Assembly (NCBI GenBank): GCA_046290465.1
Contig: JBKAGP010000001.1
Coordinates: 4,064,001 to 4,128,000 of the forward strand
Source of the DNA: Planctomycetota bacterium
GTDB taxonomy: Bacteria > Planctomycetota > UBA1135 > UBA2386
DNA: 64,000 bases
Direction: 5' to 3'
Both the position numbers and the translations under genes were made by a program. Positions 19,565-30,553 of the stretch are shown here, piece after piece. Each line of letters opens with the position of its first letter. The stretch's first letter is position 1. Below the pieces are notes generated by a model. That model was given only the letters and a program-made list of their open reading frames with translations. It was not told where the DNA came from and did no database searches.

Positions 19565-20338
19565 ATGGGCCTGATGGATGGAAAGAACGTCGTGATCTTC
19601 GGCGTCGCGAACAAGCGCTCGATCGCCTGGGGCATCGCCCAGGCCCTGGTGCGCGAGGGCGCGAACCTGGCACTCGGCTACCAGAACGAACGCATGGGCG
19701 ACGCCGTCAAGAAGCTGGCGGGCGACCTCGAGCGTCCACCGCTCCTGCTGCCGTGCGACGTCACCGTCGACGGCGACATCGACCGCTTCTTCGAGGCGCT
19801 CGGCAAGGAGTGGGACGGCATCGACGGGATGGTGCACTCGATCGCGTTCGCCAAGCGCGAAGAGCTGGGCGGCAACTTCCGTGACACCTCGTGGGACGGC
19901 TACGCGCTCGCGCAACAGGTCAGCGCGTGGTCGCTGATCGGCCTCACCAAGGGTGCGCTGCCGATGATGGAAGGCCGCAACGCCAGCGTCGTCTGCTTGA
20001 GCTACTACGGCGCCGAGAAGGTCGTCACCAACTACAACGTCATGGGCGTCGCCAAGGCCGCGCTCGAGTCGTCGACCCGCTACCTGGCCAACGACGTCGG
20101 CCCGCACGGCGTGCGCGTCAACGCGATCTCGGCCGGCCCGATCAAGACCGTCTCGGCGATGGGCGTCGGCGACTTCGGCTCGCTACTCGACTCGATGGCG
20201 CAGAAGGCGCCGCTCCGCCGCAACGTCGACCAGGCCGACGTCGGCAACACCGCCGCGTTCTTGCTGTCCCCGCTCAGCAACGGCGTCACCGGCCAGGTGA
20301 TCTACGTCGACGCCGGCTACAGCATCCTCGGCATCTGA
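19565..20338 (+). CDS. fabI: Enoyl-ACP reductase FabI
   Basis: GVANKRSIAWGIA, HSIAFA, YNVMGVAKAALE and NAISAGPIKT motifs. Confidence 0.96.
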   Translation: MGLMDGKNVVIFGVANKRSIAWGIAQALVREGANLALGYQNERMGDAVKKLAGDLERPPLLLPCDVTVDGDIDRFFEALGKEWDGIDGMVHSIAFAKREELGGNFRDTSWDGYALAQQVSAWSLIGLTKGALPMMEGRNASVVCLSYYGAEKVVTNYNVMGVAKAALESSTRYLANDVGPHGVRVNAISAGPIKTVSAMGVGDFGSLLDSMAQKAPLRRNVDQADVGNTAAFLLSPLSNGVTGQVIYVDAGYSILGI

Positions 20339-20345
20339 CCCCGGC

Positions 20346-20405
20346 CCGTAGGTTTGGGGCCCGTAAGTTCGGGGTCCGTAAGTTCGGGGTCCGTAGGTTC
20401 GGTTC
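20346..20405. repeat. 15-bp tandem repeat x4 (CCGTARGTTCGGGGT consensus)
   Basis: Units at 20346, 20361, 20376 and 20391. Confidence 0.85.
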
Positions 20406-20560
20406 CGCGACGAGACCTCACGGACCGACCGCCCCGGCGCCGTCGGAACGCGCCCGCGTTCGCGGTGCGAACGTCTGGCGCCGCGACGAGACCCGACGGA
20501 CCAAACGCCGCGGCGCCGGTGAGACGCGCCGGCGTGGGTGCGAAAGCCTGGTTCCGCGGC
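20405..20560. repeat. Degenerate ~76-bp tandem duplication
   Basis: CCGCGACGAGACC..ACGGACC...CGGCGCCG...GGTGCGAA..CTGG occurs at 20405 and 20481. Confidence 0.7.
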
Positions 20561-20652
20561 CGACCCCTACGAATCACGCACCCCGGCGCCAGTGACCGCG
20601 CCCGCGTTGGTGGTCCGTGGGTTTGGCTCCCGGAACCGAACGTGCGGACCGG

Positions 20653-21813
20653 TCAGGGGGTGGTTTGGGTGAGCCAGCGTTGGATGCGTTGGCGTTCGTC
20701 GCGGGAGAGGTCGCCGCGGGTGGCGTCGGCGTCGAGGAGGCGCTGCAGCAGGCGGCGCGCCTGCTCGGACTCGCCCTTCTCGGCGGCCAGGGTGGCGAGG
20801 TTGAGCAGGCTGCCGGTATGGCTCGGCTCGCGCTCGAGCGCCGCCAGGTAGGACGCCTCGGCCAGCTCCGGCTGCCCCAACCCGGTCGCGACGATGCCCA
20901 GGCGGAAACGCGCCTCGGCGCTGTCGGGGAACCGGTCGGCGACCGAGCGCAGGTGGTCCAGCGCCTGCTGCTCGAGCCCTGCAACCTCCCGATCGCGCGC
21001 GGCCCCGTCCTTGCTCGGCTTGAGGCGTGCCAACTCGGCGGCTCGCAGCGTCGCGGTGGCGATCGCGAGCGCCGCGTCCTCGTCACCGGGCGCCAGCTCG
21101 ACGCAGCGCGCGAACGCCTGCGCCGCCTGCTGGGCGTCCGTCTGTGCCTGCTGGTAGGGCACCGGCACGCCCTGCGGCGTGCGCGCGATCGACAGCAGCG
21201 ACGCGCCGAGCCGGAACTGCGCGGTCGCATCGTCCGGCCGCAGGGAGACATAGGCACGCAGGTGAGGCAGCGCGGCGCGCTCTTCGCCCAGTTCGTAGCG
21301 GTAGGTGCCGGCGATTCCGAGCAGCGCGGCCTTCTCGGCGGCCGGCGCCTCCCGGCAGCGCTCCAGCGCGTCTTCGGCGGCCTTGGCCGCAGCGCTCATG
21401 TGTCCGGATTCGGCCAGGAACACGGCGTGCATCCAGCCGACGAACGCGTCGGCGGGCGCCAGCTGCCGGGCGAGCGCCAGCTGCGCCTCGCCGCGCCGCA
21501 TCCCGAACCACTCGATCGGGTCCTGCTGCGCCGCCTCCTGCAGGCGGACCATGCCCAGCACGGCTCTGGCCCGAGCCGAGCGCGGGTTGGTGGCCAACAC
21601 CCGCGCGGCGATCGCCTCGGCCTCGCCGTAGCGACGACGAACCACGGCGTCGATCGCGGCCTGCTCGAATTCCTGACACTGCTCGCGCACATCGTCGGCG
21701 AGTTCCACGATCGCCAACGAGTCGATCGAGACCTTCTCCGGGTCGGGCGCGACGCCGGCACAACCCGACAGCAGCAGCAACACGGACGGACCGATCCGAC
21801 ACCACAGACGCAT
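20653..21813 (-). CDS. TPR-repeat lipoprotein
   Basis: Lipobox LSGC and multiple TPR-like Ala/Leu helical repeats. Confidence 0.8.
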   Translation of the reverse strand: MRLWCRIGPSVLLLLSGCAGVAPDPEKVSIDSLAIVELADDVREQCQEFEQAAIDAVVRRRYGEAEAIAARVLATNPRSARARAVLGMVRLQEAAQQDPIEWFGMRRGEAQLALARQLAPADAFVGWMHAVFLAESGHMSAAAKAAEDALERCREAPAAEKAALLGIAGTYRYELGEERAALPHLRAYVSLRPDDATAQFRLGASLLSIARTPQGVPVPYQQAQTDAQQAAQAFARCVELAPGDEDAALAIATATLRAAELARLKPSKDGAARDREVAGLEQQALDHLRSVADRFPDSAEARFRLGIVATGLGQPELAEASYLAALEREPSHTGSLLNLATLAAEKGESEQARRLLQRLLDADATRGDLSRDERQRIQRWLTQTTP

Positions 21814-21863
21814 GCGCCCATCATCGTCTGGCCTGCCCCGAACGGAAAGCTACGCTTCGTCTC

Positions 21864-22783
21864 ATGGTGCGCATTGCCGCCGACATCACCTGGCTGGTCG
21901 GACGAACCCCTCTGGTAGATCTCTCCCGGCTCTCGCCGCCGGGCACCCGCGTCGTGGGCAAGCTCGACGCCTGGAACCCCTCGGGCAGCAACAAGGACCG
22001 CGCCGCGCTGGGGATGATCGAGCACGCCCGCCGCAGCGGCTTCCTCGTCGACGGCGGCACGATCGTCGAGTGCAGCAGCGGCGACCTCGGCTTGGCGATC
22101 GCGACCATCGGCCGGCGTCTCGGCTACCGGGTCATCCTGACGATGCCGCAGAGCGTCGCCCCCGCGCGCCGCAACCTGCTGACCGCCGTCGGCGCCGAGG
22201 TCGAGGTCACGCCCGAGGCCGACGGCATGCGCGGCGCGATGAACCGCGCCGAGCAGCTCGCCCGCAGCGTCGACGGCGCCGTCTGCCTGCAGGCGTTCAC
22301 CAATCGGTCCAACGCGAGGGTGCACGCCGAGACGACGGCACGCGAGATCTGGGAGGACACCGACGGGCAGGTCGACACCGTCGTCGTGCCCGTCGGCACC
22401 GGCGGCACGGCGGCCGGCTGCGCCGAGTTCTTCCGCGACCGCGGCGTCCGGGTCATCGGCGTGCAACCGGCCACCAGCGCCGTGCTGACCGGTGGTTCGC
22501 CGGGCGTTCACAACATCCCGGGCCTCGGTGCCGGCTTCATCCCCGACATCCTCTCGCCGGATGCGCTCGACGAGATCCTCGACGTGCGCGACGAGGATGC
22601 GCGCGCGGCGACCCAACGGCTGATGCGCGAGGAGTCGCTGCTGCTGGGACCGGCCAGCGGCGCCGTGCTGCACGCGGCGCTCGAGCTGGCGGCCCGCAGC
22701 GAACTCGCCGGCAAGATGGTGGTCGCCGTCCTCCCGGACGCGGCCGAACGCAACATCGAACATTGGATGCCCGACAGCCCGTC

Positions 22784-22787
<4 letters not shown>
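21864..22787 (+). CDS. Cysteine synthase family PLP-dependent enzyme (divergent CysK-like)
   Basis: GRTPLV, NPSGSNKDR (PLP Lys), GTGGT and HNIPGLGAGFIP. Substrate loop reads SSGDL rather than TSGNT. Confidence 0.8.
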
Positions 22788-23791
<1,004 letters not shown>

Positions 23792-23920
23792 CACGTTTCA
23801 AACGAACCGATTTATTTACGAGAACGCTGACACCTTCGGGGGTCCTGCGGTCTCGAGGGCCGGCGCGCCACAAAAAACTGCACGCGCTTGGAAAGTTCCG
23901 GCCCCTCGTTCGTCTACTAG

Positions 23921-24051
23921 AGAAGCATGGGACGAGTGGTCCCGACCGCCCGGCGCTGTTACCGCAGCGCTGATTCGAGAGGGCAAACTTGAGCGGTCGG
24001 GACCTTCGTGGCCGACGATTCTGGGAGAGAATCGTCGGCCACTCTTTTTTT
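23921..24051 (+). ncRNA. Candidate structured small RNA
   Basis: 12-bp stem (23938-23949 with 23993-24004) encloses an inner hairpin and is followed by an intrinsic terminator. ECF-like promoter upstream. Confidence 0.45.
24008..24051 (+). terminator. Rho-independent terminator
   Basis: GTGGCCGACGATTCT-GGGAG-AGAATCGTCGGCCAC followed by TCTTTTTTT. Confidence 0.85.
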
Positions 24052-24156
24052 CAACCCCCCCCGGGCCTTCATCCCAGCGGCGATTTACCCCAGCCGCAAA
24101 CACCTGCCAACTCTCGCACTTGGCCTCCGTCCATGGCTGGCGCATCATGCGGCGAG

Positions 24157-24480
24157 ATGAACACGGATCAGGAGTTCCTTCAGGTTGCCGAGAAGCTGAT
24201 GCAGGACCTGCTCGGCAAGTTCGACACGTTCGACCCGGACGAGCTCGAGGCCGACGCGGCCGCCGGGGTCATCAAGATGACGTTCGCGAGCGGTGGAGCG
24301 TGTGTGCTCAACCGCCAGACCGCCGCACACCAGATCTGGCTCGCCGAAGGCGCCACTGCCTGGCACTTCGAGCTGGACGCCGATTCGGGCCAGTGGATGG
24401 ACACCAAGGGCCGCGGGGCGCTGACGGCCGTGCTGTCAGAGGTCCTGACGAAGCGGCTCGGGCGGCCGGTCCAGATCTGA
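24157..24480 (+). CDS. cyaY: Frataxin-like iron donor CyaY
   Basis: MNTDQEF, GVIKMTF and VLNRQTAAHQIWLA..AWHF; ~107 aa and acidic. Confidence 0.88.
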   Translation: MNTDQEFLQVAEKLMQDLLGKFDTFDPDELEADAAAGVIKMTFASGGACVLNRQTAAHQIWLAEGATAWHFELDADSGQWMDTKGRGALTAVLSEVLTKRLGRPVQI

Positions 24481-24542
24481 GCGGCCGCTCCTCGGCCAGG
24501 ATCCGGCCACGCTCCGGCAGGGCTGCCTCAGGCGGGGCAGCC

Positions 24543-25796
24543 TCAGGCGGACCGCACGCCCGACGAGCGCGGGAACCGCATCCGGAACGTGGTGCCACGA
24601 CCGGCCTCGCTGTCGACCTGGATGATGCCGTTGCTGCCGCGCACGTAGCGTGCGACGGCGGTCAGGCCCAGACCGGTGCCCTGGCCGACCGGCTTGGTCG
24701 TGAAGTATGGATCGAAGATCCGCTCCTGCACTTCTCTCGGCATGCCCGGTCCGGTGTCGGAGACCTCGATCCAGACCTGGTGGCGGTCGCTGCCACACCG
24801 CAACGTGATCGCCCCCTCGCCGTCGATCGCCTGCTTGGCGTTGATGACCAGGTTCCAGAGGGCGTGCACCAGACCGTTGGGATTGACCTGGACGAGCGGC
24901 GCTTCCGACGGCGCCTCACAGGTCGCCTGGATGCCGCTCGGCAGCACCCGCTGCGCCTGCACGTGGAACTGCCGCAGGATCTCGGACAGGTCGCACGCCG
25001 TGTTGGTGCCTTCGTCCGGGTGCGCCATCCGCATCAGCTGATCGAGCAGCGGCTGCGTCTGCTGCAGGGTCTCCTCGATCATCGTCAGGCGACGCCGACG
25101 CTCGTCATCGTCCGACATGTTGCCGAGCGTGACGTGCCCGAGCAGCACCTGGAACGTGTTGCGCAGCTGGTGGCACACGAGGCCGGCGAGGTCCCCCACC
25201 GTCTCGACGCGCAGCGCGTGGCGCAGCAGCTTCTCGCGGTGTCGCAGCGCGCGGCTCGACTCGAAGTTCTTGCGGCGCTGTGACTCGGCGGTCATCAGCG
25301 CCATGAACACCAGCCGGTTGAGGATCGCCCCGGCCAGCGCCGACGCCAGCGACACCGCGGTCAGGCTGATCGCATGCACCCAGGCATCCGGCAGCGTCTC
25401 GGGCCGGACCGACGAACCCGGCGCGAACCACGTCGCCAGCAACATGGCGGTCACCGCGACCATCGTCATGCTCAGGCCCGCGATCACGCCAAGGCACGTC
25501 GTCGCCAACAGCGACAGCACCGGGTGCAGGTACCACGCCGGGCTGAACACGCCGCGCGGCCAGTTGGCCAGGATCGTCAGCGTGAACATCGCCAGGAACA
25601 GCAGCGTCGCCGCGTACTGCATGCGATGACGCCGCCAACCGAGCCACGCCAGGAAGAACACCGGCGCCGACGCCAGCGCCGGCAAGGCTCCGCTCCACGG
25701 CAGGTCGGTCGTCCACAGGCCGCCGTCGACGAACAGGCAGCCGACCCCGAAACCGGTCGCCGCAATCGCCATCGCTAGCGACGCCCAGCGGATCAC
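24543..25796 (-). CDS. Membrane sensor histidine kinase (start uncertain)
   Basis: ~6 TM helices, H-box LAGLVCHQLRN, NLVINAKQA, DTGPGM and FDPYFTTKPVGQGTGLGL. Confidence 0.88.
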   Translation of the reverse strand: MIRWASLAMAIAATGFGVGCLFVDGGLWTTDLPWSGALPALASAPVFFLAWLGWRRHRMQYAATLLFLAMFTLTILANWPRGVFSPAWYLHPVLSLLATTCLGVIAGLSMTMVAVTAMLLATWFAPGSSVRPETLPDAWVHAISLTAVSLASALAGAILNRLVFMALMTAESQRRKNFESSRALRHREKLLRHALRVETVGDLAGLVCHQLRNTFQVLLGHVTLGNMSDDDERRRRLTMIEETLQQTQPLLDQLMRMAHPDEGTNTACDLSEILRQFHVQAQRVLPSGIQATCEAPSEAPLVQVNPNGLVHALWNLVINAKQAIDGEGAITLRCGSDRHQVWIEVSDTGPGMPREVQERIFDPYFTTKPVGQGTGLGLTAVARYVRGSNGIIQVDSEAGRGTTFRMRFPRSSGVRSA

Positions 25797-25930
25797 CAGC
25801 GACAGGCTGGAGACGACCGGGAGTCGGGTGCTCGTGAGGAACCCGAACAGGGTTTCCTCTGACAGTTGGACCTGGACGCGCAAGGCGTCGGCATTGTAGA
25901 TGGGCGCATGGCCCCGCCGCCACTCTTCTG

Positions 25931-26572
25931 CTACGGCCGCAGCTCGGGCTCGGGCGCCTCGCAGACGACCTCGACGGGCGTGCCGGTGATCGGATGTGCG
26001 AGCTTGAGGCTCCATGAGTGCAGCATGACCCTGGGGTAACGCTCACCGGGACGCGCGCGGTAGCCGTACTTCCTGTCCCCGGCGACGGGGCAGCCAAGTG
26101 CGGCGAGGTGGACGCGGATCTGGTTGCGTCGCCCCGTCTCCAAGCGACAACGAACCAGGCTGCCGCGTCCCCGACGCGCCACGGTCGCATAGTGGGTGAC
26201 GGCACGTCGGCCGCCCCGACGAACGACCCGCACGATTCCGTCCGGTCCTTCTTCCAGGTGGCTCTCGATGCAGCCAGACTCCGGTGAGGGCACAGCCGTC
26301 GTCAGGGCCAAGTAGTCCCGTTCGGCTGCGTGGTCACGGAACGTCCGGTCGAGCCCTCGCTGTGCGTGCTCGTCGAACGCGAACGCCAGGCACCCGGTGG
26401 TGTATTCGTCGAGCCGGTGCACGGCGATCACCCGTTGCCCGAGCTGCTTCGTAAGCATGTCCACCAGGCAGGGTTCGGTACGGCCCGCGGCGGGCACGAC
26501 GAGCACCCCGGCGGGCTTGTGCACGATCAGCAGGTGATCGTCACGGTGCAGAACGGCGACCTCTCTCGGCAT
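25931..26572 (-). CDS. RluA family pseudouridine synthase
   Basis: HKPAG, HRLDEYTTG, LETGRRNQIRVHL, GDRKYG and LH motifs. Confidence 0.92.
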   Translation of the reverse strand: MPREVAVLHRDDHLLIVHKPAGVLVVPAAGRTEPCLVDMLTKQLGQRVIAVHRLDEYTTGCLAFAFDEHAQRGLDRTFRDHAAERDYLALTTAVPSPESGCIESHLEEGPDGIVRVVRRGGRRAVTHYATVARRGRGSLVRCRLETGRRNQIRVHLAALGCPVAGDRKYGYRARPGERYPRVMLHSWSLKLAHPITGTPVEVVCEAPEPELRP

Positions 26573-26594
26573 CGCAGCCGACGATCGGTGCCGC

Positions 26595-27869
26595 CTAGTG
26601 CAGGCGCAAGTGGTACTGCTGGATCTTGCGGTAGAGGGTCGCGCGCCCGATGCCGAGCAGCTGCGCAGCGCGGCGCACGTTGCCCTTGGTGGCCTGCAGC
26701 GCGCGGCCGAGCAGGAACTTCTCTTCGTCCTCGAACGGACGGATGCAGTCCTCGGTCAGCTCGACCTCATCGGCCTTGGCGTTGCCGGTCGCCGAAGCGG
26801 CCGGCGCGGCGGTCGGCGCCGCACCGCTGCTGGCGGGAGCCATGAGCTGGTCGCGGTCGATCGGCGCACCACCGGCGAGCATCTGCCCGCGGCGGATGGT
26901 CGCTTCGAGCTGCGCGACGTTGCCAGGCCACTGCATGCTTTCGAGCAGCATGCGGGCGGCCGGCGTGAAGCCCTGGTGGTTGCGACCCGACGCCGGAACG
27001 CCCGAGTCGAGGATCGCGTCGGCCAGCGTCTGGATGTCGTCGACCCGTTCGTGCAGCCCCGGCACCATGATCGGGAACGCGTGCAGCCGGTAGAACAGGT
27101 CCTCGCGGAACGCACCGCGCGCGACCAGCTCCGGGATGTGGGCCGACGTCGTCGTGATCAGTCGCACCAGCGACGGCGCGCGCGACGTCGAGCGCTCCTT
27201 GAGGTGCTTGACCAGCGCAGCCTGCGCGTTGGCGGGCAGCTGGTCGACGGCCTCGAGCACGAAGGTCGTCTGCGGGTTGCCGGCGATCGTCTTGGTGAGC
27301 TCGTCGGCGGACAGCGTCGCGCAGTCCTTGACGACGATCGTCTGGTCGGCACGGCGGCTCTTGAGGTGGATGGCCCGCGCGGCCAGCGACTTGCCCGAAC
27401 CGACCGGGCCTTCGATCAGCACGGTCGCGTCGCAATCGGCAGCGCGCGAGACGGCGCTCTGCAGGCGACGCATGACCGGCGTGCTGCCGACGAGCGCGGA
27501 ACCGCTGCGGATGCCCTCGACGAGGGCCTCGAGTTCGGCGACGCGCGCGCTCTTCTGCGCCAGCTCCACCGCGACGGCGGCGAGACCGGCGATCGTGTCC
27601 TGACCCAGGTCGGCGTCGTCGTCGACGCGCAGCACCGGCACGGTCACGCCGGCAGGGACGTCCGCAGCCATCGCCTCGTGACAGAAGATCACGTCGACGG
27701 GCTGTTCGACCGAGCCTTCGACCAGCGCGTTCCAGCTGGTGTACGGCACGGCCTCGTGGCCGGCCTGCTCGACGGCGGTCGTCAGTTCGTCGCTGCCTTG
27801 CGGCGAAACCAACCCGATACGCGCGGTCGCGCGCACCGAGTTCTCATTCCCGATCAGTGCGATGGTCAT
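26595..27869 (-). CDS. Atypical NtrC/Fis-family enhancer-binding protein lacking GAFTGA
   Basis: VLIEGPVGSGKS, FREDLFYRL, WPGNV and C-terminal Fis HTH (GNVRRAAQLLGIGRATLYRKI). The GAFTGA loop is absent. Confidence 0.85.
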   Translation of the reverse strand: MTIALIGNENSVRATARIGLVSPQGSDELTTAVEQAGHEAVPYTSWNALVEGSVEQPVDVIFCHEAMAADVPAGVTVPVLRVDDDADLGQDTIAGLAAVAVELAQKSARVAELEALVEGIRSGSALVGSTPVMRRLQSAVSRAADCDATVLIEGPVGSGKSLAARAIHLKSRRADQTIVVKDCATLSADELTKTIAGNPQTTFVLEAVDQLPANAQAALVKHLKERSTSRAPSLVRLITTTSAHIPELVARGAFREDLFYRLHAFPIMVPGLHERVDDIQTLADAILDSGVPASGRNHQGFTPAARMLLESMQWPGNVAQLEATIRRGQMLAGGAPIDRDQLMAPASSGAAPTAAPAASATGNAKADEVELTEDCIRPFEDEEKFLLGRALQATKGNVRRAAQLLGIGRATLYRKIQQYHLRLH

Positions 27870-27995
27870 GCCTTGTCCCAGCCAGGGATCGGCATTCGGA
27901 AGCCTGCCGGTAAAGGCGGCTTGCGCATCGCGCTGGGGGATTCCCCGATGCGCCCATCTGCGCAAGGCGGGGAAAGGCCCGACGCCGCGGGCAGA

Positions 27996-28415
27996 TCAGC
28001 CGTCGATCAGGCGGCGCGACAGCTCGTCGAAATCGATGGTCTCGAGCTCGTCCTGGGTGATCGGCTTCATGCCGCGGAACTTGCGGTACTCCTCGATCGA
28101 GGTCAGCTCGACGTAGTCGCGGGCGGTCATCAGCTTGCCGTCCGCGTCGCGACGCTGCGTCTGCTTGTTGTTCTGCGTCTTGTCGAGCGTCTGCTTGGCA
28201 CGGTGGCAGATCGAGAGCGTGTTCTCGAGGTTGCCGCGGATCTTGGTGAGCCGGTCCTCGTTGGCGCCAGGAGTGTCCATGCTCTTGGTGATCTTGGCGA
28301 TCGCGACCTCGAGCACGGCGATCAGACAGTTCAGCTTCGTCGTCAGGCGGGTGCGGTACTCGGCAGAGCCGAGGGCCTCGGGAAGCTTGGGAGTGTTGTT
28401 CTGTTCGGCGTCCAT
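27996..28415 (-). CDS. Hypothetical helical/coiled-coil protein
   Basis: RBS AGAGAGG, genome-like codon usage, 139 aa. Confidence 0.75.
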   Translation of the reverse strand: MDAEQNNTPKLPEALGSAEYRTRLTTKLNCLIAVLEVAIAKITKSMDTPGANEDRLTKIRGNLENTLSICHRAKQTLDKTQNNKQTQRRDADGKLMTARDYVELTSIEEYRKFRGMKPITQDELETIDFDELSRRLIDG

Positions 28416-28443
28416 TCAGTGAACCTCTCTTTGTGTCGAGGGG

Positions 28444-28460
28444 AGCACCGCGTGTGCCAA
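28444..28460 (-). promoter_or_regulatory. Sigma-54 (-24/-12) promoter
   Basis: TTGGCACACGCGGTGCT (GG-N10-GC) ~30 nt upstream of the 28415 start. Confidence 0.7.
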
Positions 28461-28689
28461 CTCCTGTCGAGAACGTGAACACGCCGTGACACGGGGAGAG
28501 GTCACGGACAGGCAGCCCGCCGGTGCGGCGTGGCGTCGCAGATTCGCGACGGTCCCGGTCGCATCCGCCGGACGGCGACGCATGGATGCGACGATCTGGG
28601 AGCGGTTGGCGGCAAGCCGTGCGGCCAGAGAGGTCGGAGCACAGCCCGGTAGCGCGGCGGTGCGATGCGCGGAGGTGCGGCGCCCGGAA

Positions 28690-28794
28690 CCCAGTTGCCC
28701 GATGCCCAGTTGCACGGAGCCCAGTTGCACGGAGCCCAGTTGGCCGATGCCCAGTTGCCCGGAATCCAGCAGCCAGGAGCCCAGCAGCCAGAAA
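28690..28794. repeat. 15-bp tandem repeat x7 (CCCAGTTGCNCGGAG-like)
   Basis: Units every 15 bp from 28690, immediately downstream of the RseB-like gene. Confidence 0.85.
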
Positions 28795-28795
28795 C

Positions 28796-29893
28796 TCAGT
28801 TGCTCAGCGCCTGGCGGTAGATCGTGCGCGCAACGTCGTCGAGGCGCGTCAACGAGCCGCGTCCGGCGACGTGGAAGCTGACACCGTTGTCCCAGAACAC
28901 CAGCGCGCTGACCGCCGGATCGCGGAAGCGGCCGATGGTGTTGGCCGCGGTGCCGGGCAAGCCCTGGAACGGGTTCACCACGTTGACCGTCTGCACGACC
29001 ATGAACTGGTCGATGCCATCGGTGTAGCTCATCACCAGCTTGGCCCGGGCGTTGATCGGGTCCTGGTGGACCTCGACCGACTCGAGCCCGTAGTCGCCGA
29101 CCACGCTCAGGATGTCCGGATCGATCAGGCCGGTCGGGCTGCCGAGGAACGTCTGCGCCGACGCGAAGTCCGGCATCGGCGTGATGACCTGGCTCGGCGC
29201 CATCGCGGTCATGTTCTGCACGCCCGACGTGAATTGCACGGCCTCGATCTCGGCGAAGATCTTGAGCTGGTTGTCGAACTCGGCGACGAACAGCGGGACG
29301 TTGGTCAAGCCGTCGATGTCGACGACCCAGATGGCCTTGTCGACCGTGTTGGGGAACACGACCATCCGCCGCGCGATGCGGCCGGCGCGCACGACCTGGC
29401 CGAAGTCGTGCAGCGTGTAGTTGTTGCCGGCGCGCAGCAGGTCGCGCACCTGGAACGAACCGTGGCGGAAGAACAGCGAGCCGAAGCGCGCGTAGGTCTG
29501 CTGCCACTCGAGGCTGAGCTGCGAGCCCGCGGGCTCACCCTCGACGCCGAGGAAGGTGATCGAGAACTGCGGCTTGTGCGTGCCGTTCGCGACGACCTGG
29601 AGCTGCTCCCGGACGGTGACGACATTGCCGCCGTCGGTGCGGAAGCGGCGGAACTGCTCGACCGTGTAGTCCTCCTGGAGCACGGCCTGGCCGATCGACT
29701 GCAGCGTCGGGATCGAGGATCCGCCCGACTTGGTCTTGCTCAGCGTCGAATTCTGCGACGTCGAGCCAGGCCCCTGCCTCTGGCCCTGCCCCCGCAGACC
29801 GTCCGCGCCCGCCGTGATCACGGCGACCGTCAGCAGCATACAAGTCAGCCAATGGGCGACTTGCGCTCGGAACGTCTGGGGGGAGGGCGACAC
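28796..29893 (-). CDS. MucB/RseB-like periplasmic sigma-E regulator (start uncertain, possibly 29839)
   Basis: Signal peptide; RAGRIARRMVVFP..DK..WVVDID...VPL and YTDGI..F.V resemble RseB. Third gene after the ECF sigma and anti-sigma. Confidence 0.6.
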   Translation of the reverse strand: MSPSPQTFRAQVAHWLTCMLLTVAVITAGADGLRGQGQRQGPGSTSQNSTLSKTKSGGSSIPTLQSIGQAVLQEDYTVEQFRRFRTDGGNVVTVREQLQVVANGTHKPQFSITFLGVEGEPAGSQLSLEWQQTYARFGSLFFRHGSFQVRDLLRAGNNYTLHDFGQVVRAGRIARRMVVFPNTVDKAIWVVDIDGLTNVPLFVAEFDNQLKIFAEIEAVQFTSGVQNMTAMAPSQVITPMPDFASAQTFLGSPTGLIDPDILSVVGDYGLESVEVHQDPINARAKLVMSYTDGIDQFMVVQTVNVVNPFQGLPGTAANTIGRFRDPAVSALVFWDNGVSFHVAGRGSLTRLDDVARTIYRQALSN

Positions 29894-29959
29894 GAGAGAG
29901 ACGGGCGAACTGTAAACGAGACGAAAACGAGGTGGGGTTGCCTTTGGCAGTTGCCGGGA

Positions 29960-30553
29960 TCAATTCCGTCCACCGCGTCGTGCATGAACGAACGGGATGT
30001 CGGGAGCTTCTCCCAGCTCCATAAAGACGATCGGAGCTTCCTCTTTGGTTCCCTCGGAAACCGTAATCATTCCCAGCACAGCAGCTGCGGCGGCGCCGGC
30101 CAGCAACAGGGGCCACCGACGAGGCTTCTGGCTGCGTGCAACGCTACCCGCGGAGACCTCGTCCAGGATCGTGCGGCGCACGTCCGACCAGGCCTCTGCC
30201 GACGGCGATTCGGGACGCCGGACGAGCTCGCGTGCGAGCTCGGAGTCGATCAGCGAGTCCTCCCACTGCGGCGCGTCGACCTGCTGGGGCGCCGGAGCGG
30301 CGTCGAGCCACTCGGCGACCGGCCCCTGCTCGGCCATCTCGACCGCGCGTTCGTAGACGCCTTCGAGCATGGCCTTACTGGCGAGCTCGGCAGGCACCGG
30401 AGGGCGGGCAGCGACGAAGGCGCCGAGCGCGGCCGGCGCCGCCAGCCGCGCAGAGCAGAACGAACACGACGCGACGTGCCCGGCGGCCTCGGTCGAATCG
30501 GGGTCGCGCAGCACCGCGCGACAGGTCTCATGGATTTGGGGACGAAGGCTCAT
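29960..30553 (-). CDS. Zinc-binding anti-sigma factor
   Basis: HVASCSFC (HxxxCxxC) plus a single TM helix; ATGA-coupled to the ECF sigma. Confidence 0.8.
   Translation of the reverse strand: MSLRPQIHETCRAVLRDPDSTEAAGHVASCSFCSARLAAPAALGAFVAARPPVPAELASKAMLEGVYERAVEMAEQGPVAEWLDAAPAPQQVDAPQWEDSLIDSELARELVRRPESPSAEAWSDVRRTILDEVSAGSVARSQKPRRWPLLLAGAAAAAVLGMITVSEGTKEEAPIVFMELGEAPDIPFVHARRGGRN

Noticed and set aside
20346..20560. CRISPR array (also considered for 5476-5645 and 28690-28794)
   Set aside because: Units are contiguous duplications without unique spacers, and there are no cas genes.
23975..24005. c-di-GMP-I riboswitch (GGGCAAAC seen)
   Set aside because: The GNRA-capped P2 and the downstream GCAAAG/receptor elements are missing.
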